64,000 bases of DNA from Octopus sinensis (GCF_006345805.1 NC_043007.1:73594001-73658000); one strand, 5' to 3'. Counted from the first letter of the stretch, positions 13,551 to 26,935 are shown. Translations and numbers: made by a program. Notes: generated by a model from the letters alone, not told the origin.

Positions 13551-15956
13551 ACACACACACACATATATATATATATGGCTTGCAGCCAATGGACTAAGAT
13601 AAAAAAGAATGAAAGGTAGCTGTGTTCAGAAAGAGGCTCTTGCTGGTTATGGAGCAGAAGAGAGGAGTTAAGCTGGAAGCCAAGATATGATGATGAACAA
13701 TGATTTGGCCACCTCTGCTGATCTACGAATGAGAACGTATTATGGCTCAGAATTGAGCCATAATACCCAATGATCATCAAGATGTCTGATGACACCAATT
13801 CCTCTGGGTCAAAGATACACTCACCAAAAGTGAAAGAAGAAGAAGCATCTTTTAGATGTTATCACTATCATATAACTTTGTTTTCCATACTGGCATGGGT
13901 TGGACAGTTAGACAGAAAATTGGTAAGCATGGTAATCATCAAAGGCCTTGGTCACCTGACACTGCATCTATGAAGCCCAATGTTCAAAAGGTGCTTTTTA
14001 CATGTCACCGGTACAGGTGCCAGTTATGTGACACAGGCATCAACCATGACTACAATTTCACTTGGCTTGACGGGTTTTCTCAAACATGGCATGCATAAGT
14101 TAAGAAACACTGATGAGTGAAAATTTTGTAAATAAAATTATAAGTTTTCACCACATATATATTGACAATAGAAAATTGTCTAATATTGGGGTATATAAAA
14201 CCCATGATGGTAAAAACTGGGTATTAGCACACGCAGGAATCGAAAATAAGGGGTGTGTGTTTGATTTCCACATGTTCTAATATCCATTTTTTCCCGTTGT
14301 GGATTTATACGCCCCAATATTAGACTATTTTCTATAGTCAATGTATACAATGGAAACTTACAAGCTCTGTTGTGATTGAAGAAGCCCATCATCAAAAGCA
14401 TTCTTACAGTGACAATCCCATGTTTTTTAAGACAAAGTGTGCCTAGAACTATATTATTCAATATGTCTTCTGAAGATGGTAGATTGTGATTGGAAAGAGC
14501 CTTGGCACGAGTTTCCAGCAGATTGATTGACCTCACAGCACTGGGGTGGCCCTTCTGTTTGCGACCCCTGGACCACACAAAAAACACATATTGTCTACAG
14601 CAGACCCAAAAGTGCTGCCTGGGGCAGATCGCCCCTACCACCTCCCAACTACACTAGTGCCTCATAGTATCAAGAGCAAAGGAAAGTAACAAATCATTAA
14701 TTTTACAATTCCTGGGTATGAAACTTATAAGAATTTACTAGTTTGGTATTACAACTTAAACTATTTTAATTTGTCCTGTGGATTTTTAGACACTTTAACA
14801 ATGGGCAGTTCCAGATTTAAATGTTGGTGAAATATAGCCCTCAAGGGAGAGATTTACATCCATGTTTTAGTGGGTTCCACATTGGCATGCAGTATGAGTT
14901 TGTATTGGGATGTGGAACTATATATGCAACATATAAGACATAGGGAAGATGATTTTTACAGAGCACCCTAATTTGTAGTTTAGTCGGCAAAGAGAATATT
15001 TAGAATGGATGAAAAGAACATTCAGATCATGTAGGGGGTGGATTTAAATAAACTGAAGAAAGCTATCCTTCACTCATTCTTGCGACCATTACTGATAAAG
15101 TTCAGCCAATTGAAATCTTTGTATTTTAAAGAAATAAACGAACACAAGTTTTCATTCCAGAAACTTCTGAAATAGCTTGAGGCATGGAAAGAAGAGCATG
15201 AGTAAATGTGTGTGAAATTCAGTAAGAATAAGAAAAGAGTAATTATTAGCCTGTTGGGAAAACAATAAAGAAGGGTAAAATATTGTAGTTTATAATTTAA
15301 ATGCTATCATTAAATTAACAGGCTTTGTTCTTTCTTCTTCCCCTATTCAATATAAAGTGTAATTATCATGAGCTATCAACAAGATGCTTCAAAATGTCAT
15401 CAATTTTCTAAGTTCTGAACATCTTAACAATAGCTTTTTGTCCATCCAACAATGAATGAGATTATTTAGGTCAAAATTATATTTTTTATAAATAAAATTT
15501 ATTAAAGCTAATAATTAAGTCAAAAATAGTTGACTGCAAGGTAAACCTGTCTCAGTACTATTAAATGAAATACCATCATAATGTAACAACATGTAATCAT
15601 ATATGTGTGTGCATGCATGTGTAATTTTTTGCGTGTATACATAGATACAGACATATGTATGTATGCATTTATTTATTTATATATAAAGAAAAAAAATACA
15701 GTACTGAATTTGTGGTATGTTTACATTGCTGGCCGCAGACATTCTAAATTCAGCATGACATTTTTTTCTTTTTCTTTTGCCACTCTTTTTCCTTTTGCTT
15801 CTCTTTGATATAGGTGTATCCTGAAATGTTAGAACCTCATCTATTTTTTCTATTGATATATATACTTTCTAAATTCAGTATGATATCTCTTTTCTCTTTA
15901 TCATGGCTACCAAATAACTGTCACATATTACATTTACAGATATATATATATATATG

Positions 15957-16045
<89 letters not shown>

Positions 16046-16216
16046 CAAAGTGAGATAGGGGTTGTGAGTGTAACCCTCTATGGGATAACATATATCCAAT
16101 ATACTGCCAGTAAAGCACCCAATAAAGTTAATACATAAATGCTAAGAATTGCAATGCAATTAATTCATTTATTGTATTATATGGGCGAAGGTAAAATGTT
16201 TTACCTCAAATTCAAA

Positions 16217-16299
16217 ATACAAAATAAGAAAATGGAGGAATACACTTTAATCAATCAATGATTGATTAAAGTGTATTCCTCCATTTTCTTATTTTGTAT
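16217..16299. repeat. Perfect inverted repeat, 41-bp arms, 1-nt spacer
   Basis: ATACAAAATAAGAAAATGGAGGAATACACTTTAATCAATCA-A-TGATTGATTAAAGTGTATTCCTCCATTTTCTTATTTTGTAT, followed by (TA)n. Confidence 0.95.
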
Positions 16300-17810
16300 A
16301 TATATATATATGAGTGGACAAATGAAAAAAAAAGCGTACTCAGCACATTTTGTAGGAGTTACATGCATTATTTTAAAACAGTTTGATTAGATTCCATGAA
16401 ACTTCAAGTTTTGCAGGCCCCTAAAGGGAGCCTATCTCTATCAGGCTTTGGATTACGATGGGCTTCTTTCAGTTTCTGTCCACCAATTCCACTCACAAGA
16501 CTTTGGTTGGCCCAGTAGAAGATACTTACCCAAGGCACCACACAGTGGGACAGAATCCAGAACCCTACGGTTGGGAAGCAACTTCTTACCACACAGGCAC
16601 ACCTGATCAGATTATGAAATGCATGAACACTATATGAAATGCTAAGAATAACTCTTGGGTTAGTCTCTGTTATCTCTTCTCATTTGCATATCATTTTCTT
16701 GCTATGCTCTGTTCTGTGATTTCCAGATTGTTTAGTTTATGAAATACAACACTGCGACTGATAACAGCACACCGCCTGCTGTTTTATCAATGTAAACAGA
16801 CCAGAAAATTTTCCTCTTTTCTTTTGTTTGAAATTAAATGTATGTAAACTTGTTTTTCTGCCACATGATAACTGTATAGTTATATTTTCTTTTAGTTTAC
16901 CTTTTTTTTATATTTCTATTCTGTTGACAAGTCACTTGATTCCTGGATGATGATGATGATGATCATCATCATTATCAACTTTTAACATCCATCTTCTATC
17001 CTGAAATGGTTGTATGGTTTGACAGAATCCAATAAGCCAAAGGTATAGTTTCTATTGTTTGATGCCTTTTTTTAATACCAACCACTTCACAGAGTGTTCC
17101 AACGCCTGCTTTATTATGATTTCTACAGCTGGATGCCCTTCCTAATGCTAGCCACTTTATAGAGTATTTTGGGTGCTTTGTTTGTAGTAACATGGGTAGT
17201 GAAGTCCCATGCAGCTTCCACGATTGAGATCCCTTCAACTGAGTTAGTTTTCTGATAGAGTATCAGGTAGCTGCCAAACAATATCCCCATCAACTCCATG
17301 TTAGGAAATGCTTAGTTTCAACCTGATGGATGTAGCAGCTAAAACTCCCTCAAATCACTCCTGACTATCTTAACCCTTTCATTACCAACCCGGCTGAAAC
17401 TGGCTCTGAGTACAAAAGTCTTGTTTTCATAAGTTTTGAATTAAAATCTTCCACCAAACCTTAGTCACAATTTATGTTCTTAACACTAGCTAAATGATAA
17501 CTGAGTTATTTTACTAAATTTTTTGTTATATTTAAAGTAATTGAAAGAAATACAGTAACAAAAGGGTTAGATAAAGGATATGTTAGATAATGTAGTTCCT
17601 GGTATACAAAAAGACTGATTAGTCATTACTAAGGTTTTTCATCATAGGTCTGTTCAATCAGGACTGATCTGGGGCTAAATAACAACCAAGTATAATGAGG
17701 CAAGGAAGGCTTCTGCATGGTCACGCACACTTGATAAACATAGCAACCAAATTTCCCTCAAATCAAACTCTACCATCTTAAATCAGGAATGAACATACTG
17801 GATATGTCCT

Positions 17811-17845
<35 letters not shown>

Positions 17846-18201
17846 CGTTTATATATTTGTTTTGCAAGATTCTTAATGTGAAATCATATGTTAAAACAGA
17901 TGTTGATGTATTTAGGAATGGTCATTTTGCCAGTTTAGCCAATATATACATACAATAGGAATACAAAATACAAAATGGCTGACCATTAGTAAGGAGAGAC
18001 ACACAAATAAGAAAGAAGGAAGCAAAGGACCACTGATGAGGTCATAGAAGTGTGACGAAAGAACTCTGGCCGAAATAAGATTAAGATTAATGTAAAAAAT
18101 AAATAAAGCTGAAGCAAATTAACACCAAATATATAGTGCTTGTGTTTTTATTGGCTAAACTGGCAAAATGATCATTCCTAAATACAACAATATATATATA
18201 T

Positions 18202-18235
<34 letters not shown>

Positions 18236-18497
18236 CACATGCATATACATACACACACACACATGTATATATTATTAGTTATGATGGCCCATCAATGGTG
18301 ATAACAGCATCAATCCAAGACATTCTTCCTCCTCTCCAGCACATTGTTTCTCACGGAAGCAGTCGTGGCTGACAAAGCTGATACAAGACAGGCAGATCCT
18401 GTGGCACTCAGAGCACTGAAAGTGACCCCGAAGAACAACCTCTCTTTATGCAATCTCTTGCATTCAGTTTCAAAGTGCTCCACACACAGATATATAA

Positions 18498-19170
18498 ATC
18501 ATCATCATCATCGTTTAACATCCGCTTTCCATGCTAGCATGGGTTGGACGATTTTGACTGAGGGCTGGCAAACCAGATGGCTGCACCAGGCTCCAGTCTT
18601 GATTTGGCAGAGTTTCTACAGCTGGATGCCCTTCCTAATGCCAACCACTCCGAGAGTGTAGTGGGTGCTTTTACCTGCCACCGGCACGGGGGCCAGTCAG
18701 GCGGTACTGGCAACGACCTCACTTGAATCCTTTTACACATGCCACCAGCACAGGTGCCAGAAGGCGATTTTGGTAATGATCACATTCGAATGGTGCCCTT
18801 TTTACGTGCCCACTGGCATGGAAGCCAGTTGGCTGCTCTGGCAACGATCATGCTCGGATGGTGCTCTTGGCACCCTACTAGCATCAGCACAAGTGCCAGA
18901 AGGCGACGCTGGTAACGATCACGTTCGAATGGTGCCCTTTAAGTGCCACTGGCACGGAAGCCGGTTAGCTGCTCTGTCAATGATCACGCTCGTATGGTGC
19001 TCTTTGCACCCTGCTAGCACGGACGCTAGTCATCGAATTTTGATTTTGATTGATTTGATTTCACTTGCCTCAACAGGTCTTTGCAAGCAGAGTTTTAGTG
19101 TCCAAAGAAGGAAAAGGTACGCATAAGTGGGCTGGTTATGCCCCTGGCATAAGCCATGAGATTATGGTTT
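18498..19170 (-). mobile_element. 3' UTR-only copy of the same RTE-type family with tandem internal subrepeats
   Basis: Starts (CAT)n-CGTTTAACATCCGCTTTCCATGCTAGCATGGGTTGG; reverse complement of 47100-47470; repeated GGCAACGATCA...GGTGC units. Confidence 0.7.
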
Positions 19171-22070
19171 CATTTTAACCATAATCTCATATATATATAA
19201 AAATATATATAAAAAAAGGATGCTGTTTTATATATATATATGTATATATATATAGTGTACTATTTCATTATTGATGGGATCAACAAAATAAGGACTCCAT
19301 CTAGAGGGAAATAAATATCATTTGAGAAACTCAGATTTAAATGTGACCACTAAAAGTTTCATGCTCTGATTATACAACAATCAGATGAGTTTGTATAGTG
19401 TTCCATGTACTGTTATGTAATTTTTCAGGCTGAAAGTTTGCACAGTAGTACATGGCACACTGTTCAAACTTATCTGAGTATTGTATTACCAGAGCATAAA
19501 ACTTATAGTAGCTCATATTTAAACTATGTGTTTATTAAATGATATATATATATATAAATTAGATAAACTAAGAGAAAACTTCATGTATGACAGTAGGATG
19601 GGAAAGAACGACAGAATAACGGTTATGTTCACCTGAAATCTAGAAATTTTATAGAAAGGAAAATGTTATGACATCCAAGTCTTTCTCACATATATTAAAA
19701 ATTGTTTGAATTACAACCAGAGATTCATTGTGCAAAAACTTACCTCTGCTTTATGGTACCTACTTTCAAGAGTCCATAATAATTTATGAATAGATGTAGT
19801 GGCAATAAGAAGTAAAACAAAGGAAATTTTATTGAATTGAGTTTATTTCTGATTAACCTAATGTGGAAAAGCAAGAAGTGTACAAATATAAAGATTACAT
19901 ATGATAAAGAATATAAATGTGAGACTTGGTGGCTCTTGACTCAAAACCCAGTGTTGACATCTCTGCAATTATCATTACATATGTTTCAAACAATATCTAC
20001 TTGTCTTTATGCATGGTTTTAATCCTAGCATATGCTCTACATATACATCATTTCTATTCTGATAGAATTTAAATTCAATTAGATCATTACTCTTTCTCTT
20101 ACATAATCTGAGAATAGTAAAATGGCAAGTATATTGAGGATTCAACAAGGATATGCAAGTTCCACTCCCATCAGGTTCTCACAATTCTTTAATCTGCATT
20201 TGATAGGTACTTTTTGTCTTTACATTTTGCTTAAATAGAAAATTAATTGGCTCATGCAATTTTTTTTTAATTAGCCTATTATATTAAAAAAAAAAAGCAG
20301 AAGTGGGCAGAGAAAGCAGCTACACATTACATGTATCAGCAGTCATGTGCAGAGGAGGTGACTTTGCTGGGATGATACCTGCTGTAAAAAAATATTTTGT
20401 GCAGATAATGGAAAGTACCTGTAGCAGAAGACCAATGAAGGCATAACAAGAAGTGGTGGGGTCAGATTTCAGTAAGTTGTGCTTCACTGACAAGCTGAGA
20501 CAAGTTCAAGAACCATAGTGACATGCCATACTGCAGGACCTATTCAACGCTTACAAGCGTGGAAAAACAGATTATGACCATAACATATATTAAAGTGCTT
20601 CAATTTTGCAACAGCAGTATATAGTTACGCAAATGAATGACTAATAGTAAGTAGATTATTGTTATCATTAAGCAGGAAAATAAGTAACTTACAAAAGAAA
20701 TTATATAAGAAATTGGAAATTTTTATCTGAAACATTTTAATTGAAACAAGGGTGTAAATTACAATTTAAAAAAAGGTAATAATAAAAACTTTGAAACTAC
20801 CTCACTGAAATGAAATATAAAACTTGTAATCGTAGCAGAGAGTAATCATTATAGACATAGACAGAAGACTTGAAGATGGCGACACAATCCAGCCTATTCA
20901 TGCCCAGCTACACAAGAGTATATGTTATAATACTAATAATGATGATTTTTTTTTTTTAGATATGTGGTAGTGGTCTGCTAGAAAAAAGTATAATTCATAC
21001 ACAAACTAATGACAAATTAGTGAAAGTGAAGGATGAGAAGGCCATACAACAAAAAGCAATATTATGGGCTTGATTTACACAAGGTTAAAATCTAGAATCT
21101 AAGAAAAAATTGTGAGGGCCTGTATCAGCAACAATTAACTCATAGGAAAGCTGAAGAAGAGTTTGGTAAGTTCAGTTGTCATGAAGAATGAAGAATTTAA
21201 TGGTCTGGAGGCCCTTTCCTTTTCGTCTGAGATTGCTGAAGAGAAAGGTAGTGGTGTTATCTTTTTCTTTGATTGCAAGCCAGAAAAATGATGGCAGAAA
21301 TGAAACAAAGAAATGAGTGAGAGAGTTACTAGGGGTGGTGTAAGAAAGTTACATGTTGGAGAGGGTGAAAGAAGAGGAGGTTAGAATTGGAGGAGGCAGG
21401 TAGAATGGACTTATGAAAGTCAAAAGATTAGCAACAAAAACAGAAAGAATAAGGAATGGGACAAATACATAGAAAGCTATTTAAGTCCAGGATATGTAAA
21501 TTCTGGGTTGGTAACTATTTAAGTAAAGGGCTTTCTAAAAATTGTTTTTTTTTTTTTTGTTAACAGAGGCATGAAATGAGGGAATGAGGCAGAAGGCTAA
21601 AGCGGGATGGTGTAAGTTGAGGAGGAGAAGGTTAAAAATTAGAGAAGAGAGGAAAAGATTAGGACAAGGTCAAGGTGGAGGTCATATGTGGGAGAGTAGA
21701 CATTTACAATAACTTGGTTTTAGCTATTTTTAGTTTAAAAAGCAAAACAAAAAAGAATCTCTAAAATTATATAATTTTCTACACATTGTTAACGAAACCT
21801 TCACGTAATCAGTTTGTAAATCCACTAATTTCAGCAATTCACCTCTTAACAAATGACGTTCTACAATGTAAATATTTCATTTCATCATTTCTGAAATATT
21901 ATGTAAGAAAGAGAAAAATTCCAATCAATATTTAAAAAGAAACAAAAAAATTCTAATCAATATTTAAAAAGAAAGAAAATATTCTAATAAATATTAAAAA
22001 AAAAAGAAACTGTGATGCATTATCGATTGCTCAGGACCTCTGAACTTTTCCTAGAAACTAGCAATTGCTT

Positions 22071-22481
22071 TACTCTTTCTTTTACTTGTTTCAGTCATTT
22101 GACTGTGGCCATGCTGAAGCACCGCCTTTAGTCGAACAAATCGACCCCAGGACATATTCTTTGTAAGCCTAGTACTTATTCTATCGGTCACTTTTGCGGA
22201 AACGCTAAGTTACGGGGACGTAAACACACCAGCATCGGTTGTCAAGCGATGTTGGGGGGACAAACAGACACACACACATATATATATATATATACATATA
22301 TATATACATACATATATACGACGGGCTTCTTTCAGTTTCTGTCTCCCATATCCACTCACAAGGCTTAGGTCGGCCCGAGGCTATAGTAGAAGACACTTGC
22401 CCAAGGTGCCACGCAGTCGGACTGAACCCGGAACCATGTGGTTGGTATGCAAGCTACTTATCACACAGCCACTCCTACGCC
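22071..22481 (-). mobile_element. SINE family A, full-length copy
   Basis: Reverse complement of 27424-27812 along its full length. Confidence 0.85.
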
Positions 22482-22521
22482 TATATGCTTATAGAATTAA
22501 TTTTTATTATTTTATTTACAG

Positions 22522-22676
22522 GAACAGGGAATCACTCGGATTCTCCGTCGATGAAGAACACGGCTATCCACTTGAACTTATGTGAATTGCAGGACTCACT
22601 GAATATCGACACCTCAACGCAAATTACGGCCCCGATATCCAATCGTCCTGGGATACCTCGTTCAGTCGAGAGGTAT
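22522..22676 (+). pseudogene. Isolated 5.8S rRNA-like copy (probable retro-pseudogene) in GYS intron 1
   Basis: Collinear 5.8S hallmarks: ATCACTCGG...CGTCGATGAAGAAC...ATGTGAATTGCAGGAC...ATCGACAC...AACGCA...CGGCCCCG. About 155 nt; no 18S, 28S or ITS sequence flanks it. Confidence 0.85.
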
Positions 22677-24846
22677 TGCTAATGCGGTTGAGCTGGCAGA
22701 ATCGTTAGCACGCCAGGCAAAATGCTTAGCGGCATTTCGTCTGTCTTTATGTTCTGAGTTCAATTTCCGCTGAGGTCAACTTTATCTTTCATCCTTTCGG
22801 AGTCGATGAAATAAGTAACAATTAAGCACTGGGGTCGATGTAACCGACTAGCCCTCTCCGTCAAAGTTTCAGGCCTTGTACTTATAGTAGAAAAGATAAT
22901 TTCATCTACAGACCAACATTAAAAGAGTCAAAAAATGGTAGTTAATAATGTGGTTGTAGATTCTTTAGCGGTAAGTCAGCCCTGACTGAGCAAAACTATG
23001 ATCAAAATTATTTCAGCCACATTTTATTTCATCTTTTCAAGTTAACGTCGAAACCTGAATTATGGTATCTAACAATAAAATGTCATTTGAGAGAGATTAG
23101 ATTATTATTATTATAGCAGGTTGAATGATTGCATAGGGGAGTTTCTGCACCGAGTCTTGGATGATGAAGTGTTCAGGCAGAGGGCTGGCAGTACTGGTAG
23201 AGTGACGGACAATATGATTTGAGATATTTACGTTATGAGTTCAATTCCTGTTGGGGGTCAACTTTATCGTTCATGAGCCAAGTACTGATATCAAATAATT
23301 TTATTATACATTCCCCCATTCCAAAGTTAAGGTTTTATGTCGAAGCCAGAAATCAGTAATGAAGAGTCAACAAAAAATGCCAATAGACCTAAAATTTACT
23401 CTTAGCTATTGTGATATTTTCCATTCGGAGATAAATTTAGTAATAATCTATTATATAGCTTGTATGAATAAGTTACTCTCATCTGTCTCGCTGTTGTGAA
23501 GCTTTCACAGATTAGGGGCAAGTCCGCGTAATGAAACCTAGCAAAGAAAAACAGACAGGCGGATATGAGGAAGGTTGGCTTCGATGTCTTACATGTCGAG
23601 CGATCGTATAGGGGCCACTTCATGATGCATTAGCTGGAGGTGACTTGTACTAATGTAATATGATCATGTACAAGAAATTGGTATCTATTCTACAAGTTGA
23701 TTCTTGGAAGTACATGAAGGTGTATAATATTTCTTGAAGAACAATATATCTGTATAAAAAATATGGGGAGTTGTAGACACGTAAAATATGTGTACATTCA
23801 ATCGTACATATTTTACTTCAGTTGCAGTTCAGATTTAAATGTAACGTAGACTGTAGGCATTTTACATTTAACAATGACAAGTTAAGAAGGAAACTACGCA
23901 GTCGTTTAACCAGCTGAAAATAGCAGCCAAATCGTTCTCAAATCACATCCTATAGTAATTTTTCATCATGATACATTGCATAATATTGTCCTAGAATCAT
24001 TGTGTCTGAATAAAGGACGTGATGGTTAAGGCCACAGTGTTTTTAACCATAGGTCTGCTCGATTAAGACTGATCTAAGACTGTCATCAACTGTCATAAGA
24101 TTGGCATGATGGATTTTTCCAAACTCTGTACGGAAACGTATATTTCACTAAATATATCTCCTGCTTTAATAGATATGTTCATAGATTTATATATATGTAT
24201 ATATATATATACAGGTGTTCCCCATATCAACACACACCTCCGAAAACAAAATATGACATAAACGCAACAAAATGTAAACAATTAAAGACGCCTTACAATA
24301 TTTACAATATTACGAGTAGATACTTTCAGTATTACACTCGCCAAAATCACCAAAATAATGTATTAAATACACAATTTAAAACAGTTTTAACAAATATTTG
24401 TTCTTGTTTACAAGAAATTACAAGATTCCGATCACAAATGACGACGTAGTGAAAACAAATGTAATCACACCCACACTACGAACAATATTTCTCTTCAAAA
24501 ATAAGATCTTAAAGCAAAGTAAGAAAACGAATAAATTAATAATATCAAAAAATAAATAAATTAATAATATTAAATAATAATTTTAATGAATATTTAGGTA
24601 ACCAAGAGGGAGATGAGAGAACATAACGTAGAACCAAACCAAGTGTTGAATGTCATGTCCTTGTCTTGTAGTGGTCATAACAGGATCAGACATTAAACTC
24701 GATTAAAATAATGAGATAAATACAGTCTTTTCGGCACAAGATTTACACTTAAGAGATAGTCATAGTTACAAGTTCATTACAAAACAGCTTTTACAAAAGG
24801 GGAAAGTGAGATAGCGTCAACATGTTACCAAAGAGGAATCGCTTAC

Positions 24847-24985
24847 CTTTATTTGCAACTTCCCAAGCACATTCGAAGAACCATAAATTTTTAGCTGCAG
24901 CGGAAGACCCACCATCTCGAACTGAGTCATCATCATTCTCAAAATCTTTCACAGACTTGAAAAGACTACTTCTCCTCCGGTTCAT
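24847..24985 (-). CDS. GYS: Glycogen synthase (GT3 family), coding exon 1
   Basis: Translates MNRRRSSLFKSVKDFENDDDSVRDGGSSAAAKNLWFFECAWEVANK, then G|GTAAGC donor at 24846. FECAWEVANK is the glycogen synthase N-terminal motif. 139 nt, phase 1, joins exon 2 to rebuild KVGGIY. Confidence 0.95.
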
Positions 24986-25019
24986 CGTGTTTATTATTTT
25001 GATAAATCCGTCTCACTGG

Positions 25020-25150
25020 TCAGGCTGCTGGAGAACACAACACAGACATGGAACGTTACGTGAAGGTCACCAGAAGCGGAGGTCGACTCGCTTCAAAGGT
25101 GAAGGAAACAGTCAACGCATGCGCACTACGCCCATTTCCGCTATAATGCC
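25020..25150 (-). promoter_or_regulatory. Probable glycogen synthase promoter / 5' UTR
   Basis: CpG-richer patch just upstream of the ATG in an AT-rich background. Contains NRF1-like ACGCATGCGCA (25115-25125) and ETS-like CGGAAAT on the minus strand (25134-25140). Start site inferred only. Confidence 0.5.
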
Positions 25151-25841
25151 ATCTGCGACTTAACTTGCGATTCTTTGAATTTTGGATTTTTTTTAATGCT
25201 TTACTTTCTTTCACGTCTTCAGATTACTCTAATATATTTCTCTGTAGTATTTTATTATTATTATTACAGAAGATATTAAAATTATGGAGTTAATTAAATG
25301 TATTTATCTTCCAATATTTCCAGAAAAATTACCATCTTAGAGTCTCACATTCTGACATAGATATAAATATGCAAACGGGTTCTGTATGAATTCCACGTTT
25401 TATAAATGTTGTTATTCTTGGTTTCAGGCATAAAACTTCATAATATATTATGGTCCATATATTATATCTTTATTAGCTATATCTTCATAACATTGTGCCA
25501 TCATATGAAAGAAGCTAAAATTTAACTGACGTATAGTTAAATGTTATTTCACATAACTCGGCAAATATAAATTTAAACCCTATTTGAAGATCATTTAATA
25601 AAACTTGACTATTCTGGTGTAAACTCATGACCTCACAGAATACCAAATTTAGTACAGGGAACCTCACTGTACACAATGCTTTTCGTGGCAGTCTGTCTAC
25701 GTCGCTTCCCTTGTTCGCTAAACTATATTACCTTGACCTCAATATACTGTGATTTTCGAGATAACTATAAATCATCCAAGGCTGAATAGTAACATCCTTC
25801 ATACTATTTTCTGGAGCCTGTTTCCCACTCCTCTCTCTTCT

Positions 25842-25872
<31 letters not shown>

Positions 25873-25875
25873 ATT

Positions 25876-26025
25876 TTACATTATATATAAGGGCTTAGTA
25901 AAATAAATTACTTTGCCACATACTGAACTCATTAGAAATAGCAGCTATTTCTTTAGCTGCTATTTCTAATGAGTTCAGTATGTGGCAAAGTAATTTATTT
26001 TACTAAGCCCTTATATATAATGTAA
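25876..26025. repeat. Perfect inverted repeat, 72-bp arms, 6-nt spacer
   Basis: 25876-25947 is the reverse complement of 25954-26025; adjacent to (TA)n. Confidence 0.95.
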
Positions 26026-26114
26026 TATTTTGAATTCGCCTATAATGGTCCCTTTACATACTGAATACTTGGTGAAATTGATTAATAATTAATTAATTTT
26101 ACCCTCAATTGTTG

Positions 26115-26168
<54 letters not shown>

Positions 26169-26398
26169 TATATATAAAATTAATTAAGGGTAGAAATTGA
26201 TATTTATCAATTAGGACCAGTGGTCTAGCATATTAAAAAAGAATCCGAAGATTAAAATATTTATATATACCAATTAAGGACTGAACACGAAAAGTGGACA
26301 GTCAACACGCTAGATATAGACGTCAAATCGCCATTCACCACAAAAGATTATGTTCTCAGATCAAACTCAGCACAAAATTATATATATATATATATATG

Positions 26399-26549
<151 letters not shown>

Positions 26550-26719
26550 CAGACATATAGTTTTAAATCTGTGCGAGAGATATGCAGTAACATTACTGAA
26601 CAATAAAGTTTAAAAGTTTATTTGCCAACAGAATGTGGCAGTCCTACACCGGACGATGTTACTAACGTTCAGCCCCGAGAAAACATATTTTCCAGCTGGG
26701 TATCGACACACAGTTTGTG

Positions 26720-26770
<51 letters not shown>

Positions 26771-26935
26771 ATAAAAATGGTAAGACAACAAAAGAAAGAA
26801 AGAGACATCGATATTACGTAAATAGAGGAATTTATCTGTAAATGTAACATGTGACAATTATTCGGTAGCCATGATAAAACTCCGAGTTTCGGATGCCAAG
26901 GTGAAAACCTACGCCGCCATCTCTTCCGATGGCCA

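Noticed and set aside
14330-15300. Coding-like decayed sequence in GYS intron 1, including the 153-aa minus ORF at 14180-14641
   Set aside because: No motif I could assign with confidence and no convincing splice signals; probably an old TE remnant.
15814-16118. ORFs rich in IYIYIY, YLSI or CMYV, here and at 26.4-28.6 kb, 43.4 kb, 53.5-54.3 kb and 56.1-56.5 kb
   Set aside because: Translations of (TA)n, (GATA)n and (TATG)n microsatellites, which lack stop codons; not genes.
18670-19030. Regularly spaced repeats resembling a CRISPR array (also 38940-39310)
   Set aside because: Degenerate tandem subrepeats inside eukaryotic repeats, without unique spacers or cas genes.
22205-22682. Recurring ORFs such as MPKVPRSGTEPGTMW and EDTCPRCHAVGLN
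   Set aside because: Antisense translations of SINE family A, repeated wherever the SINE occurs.
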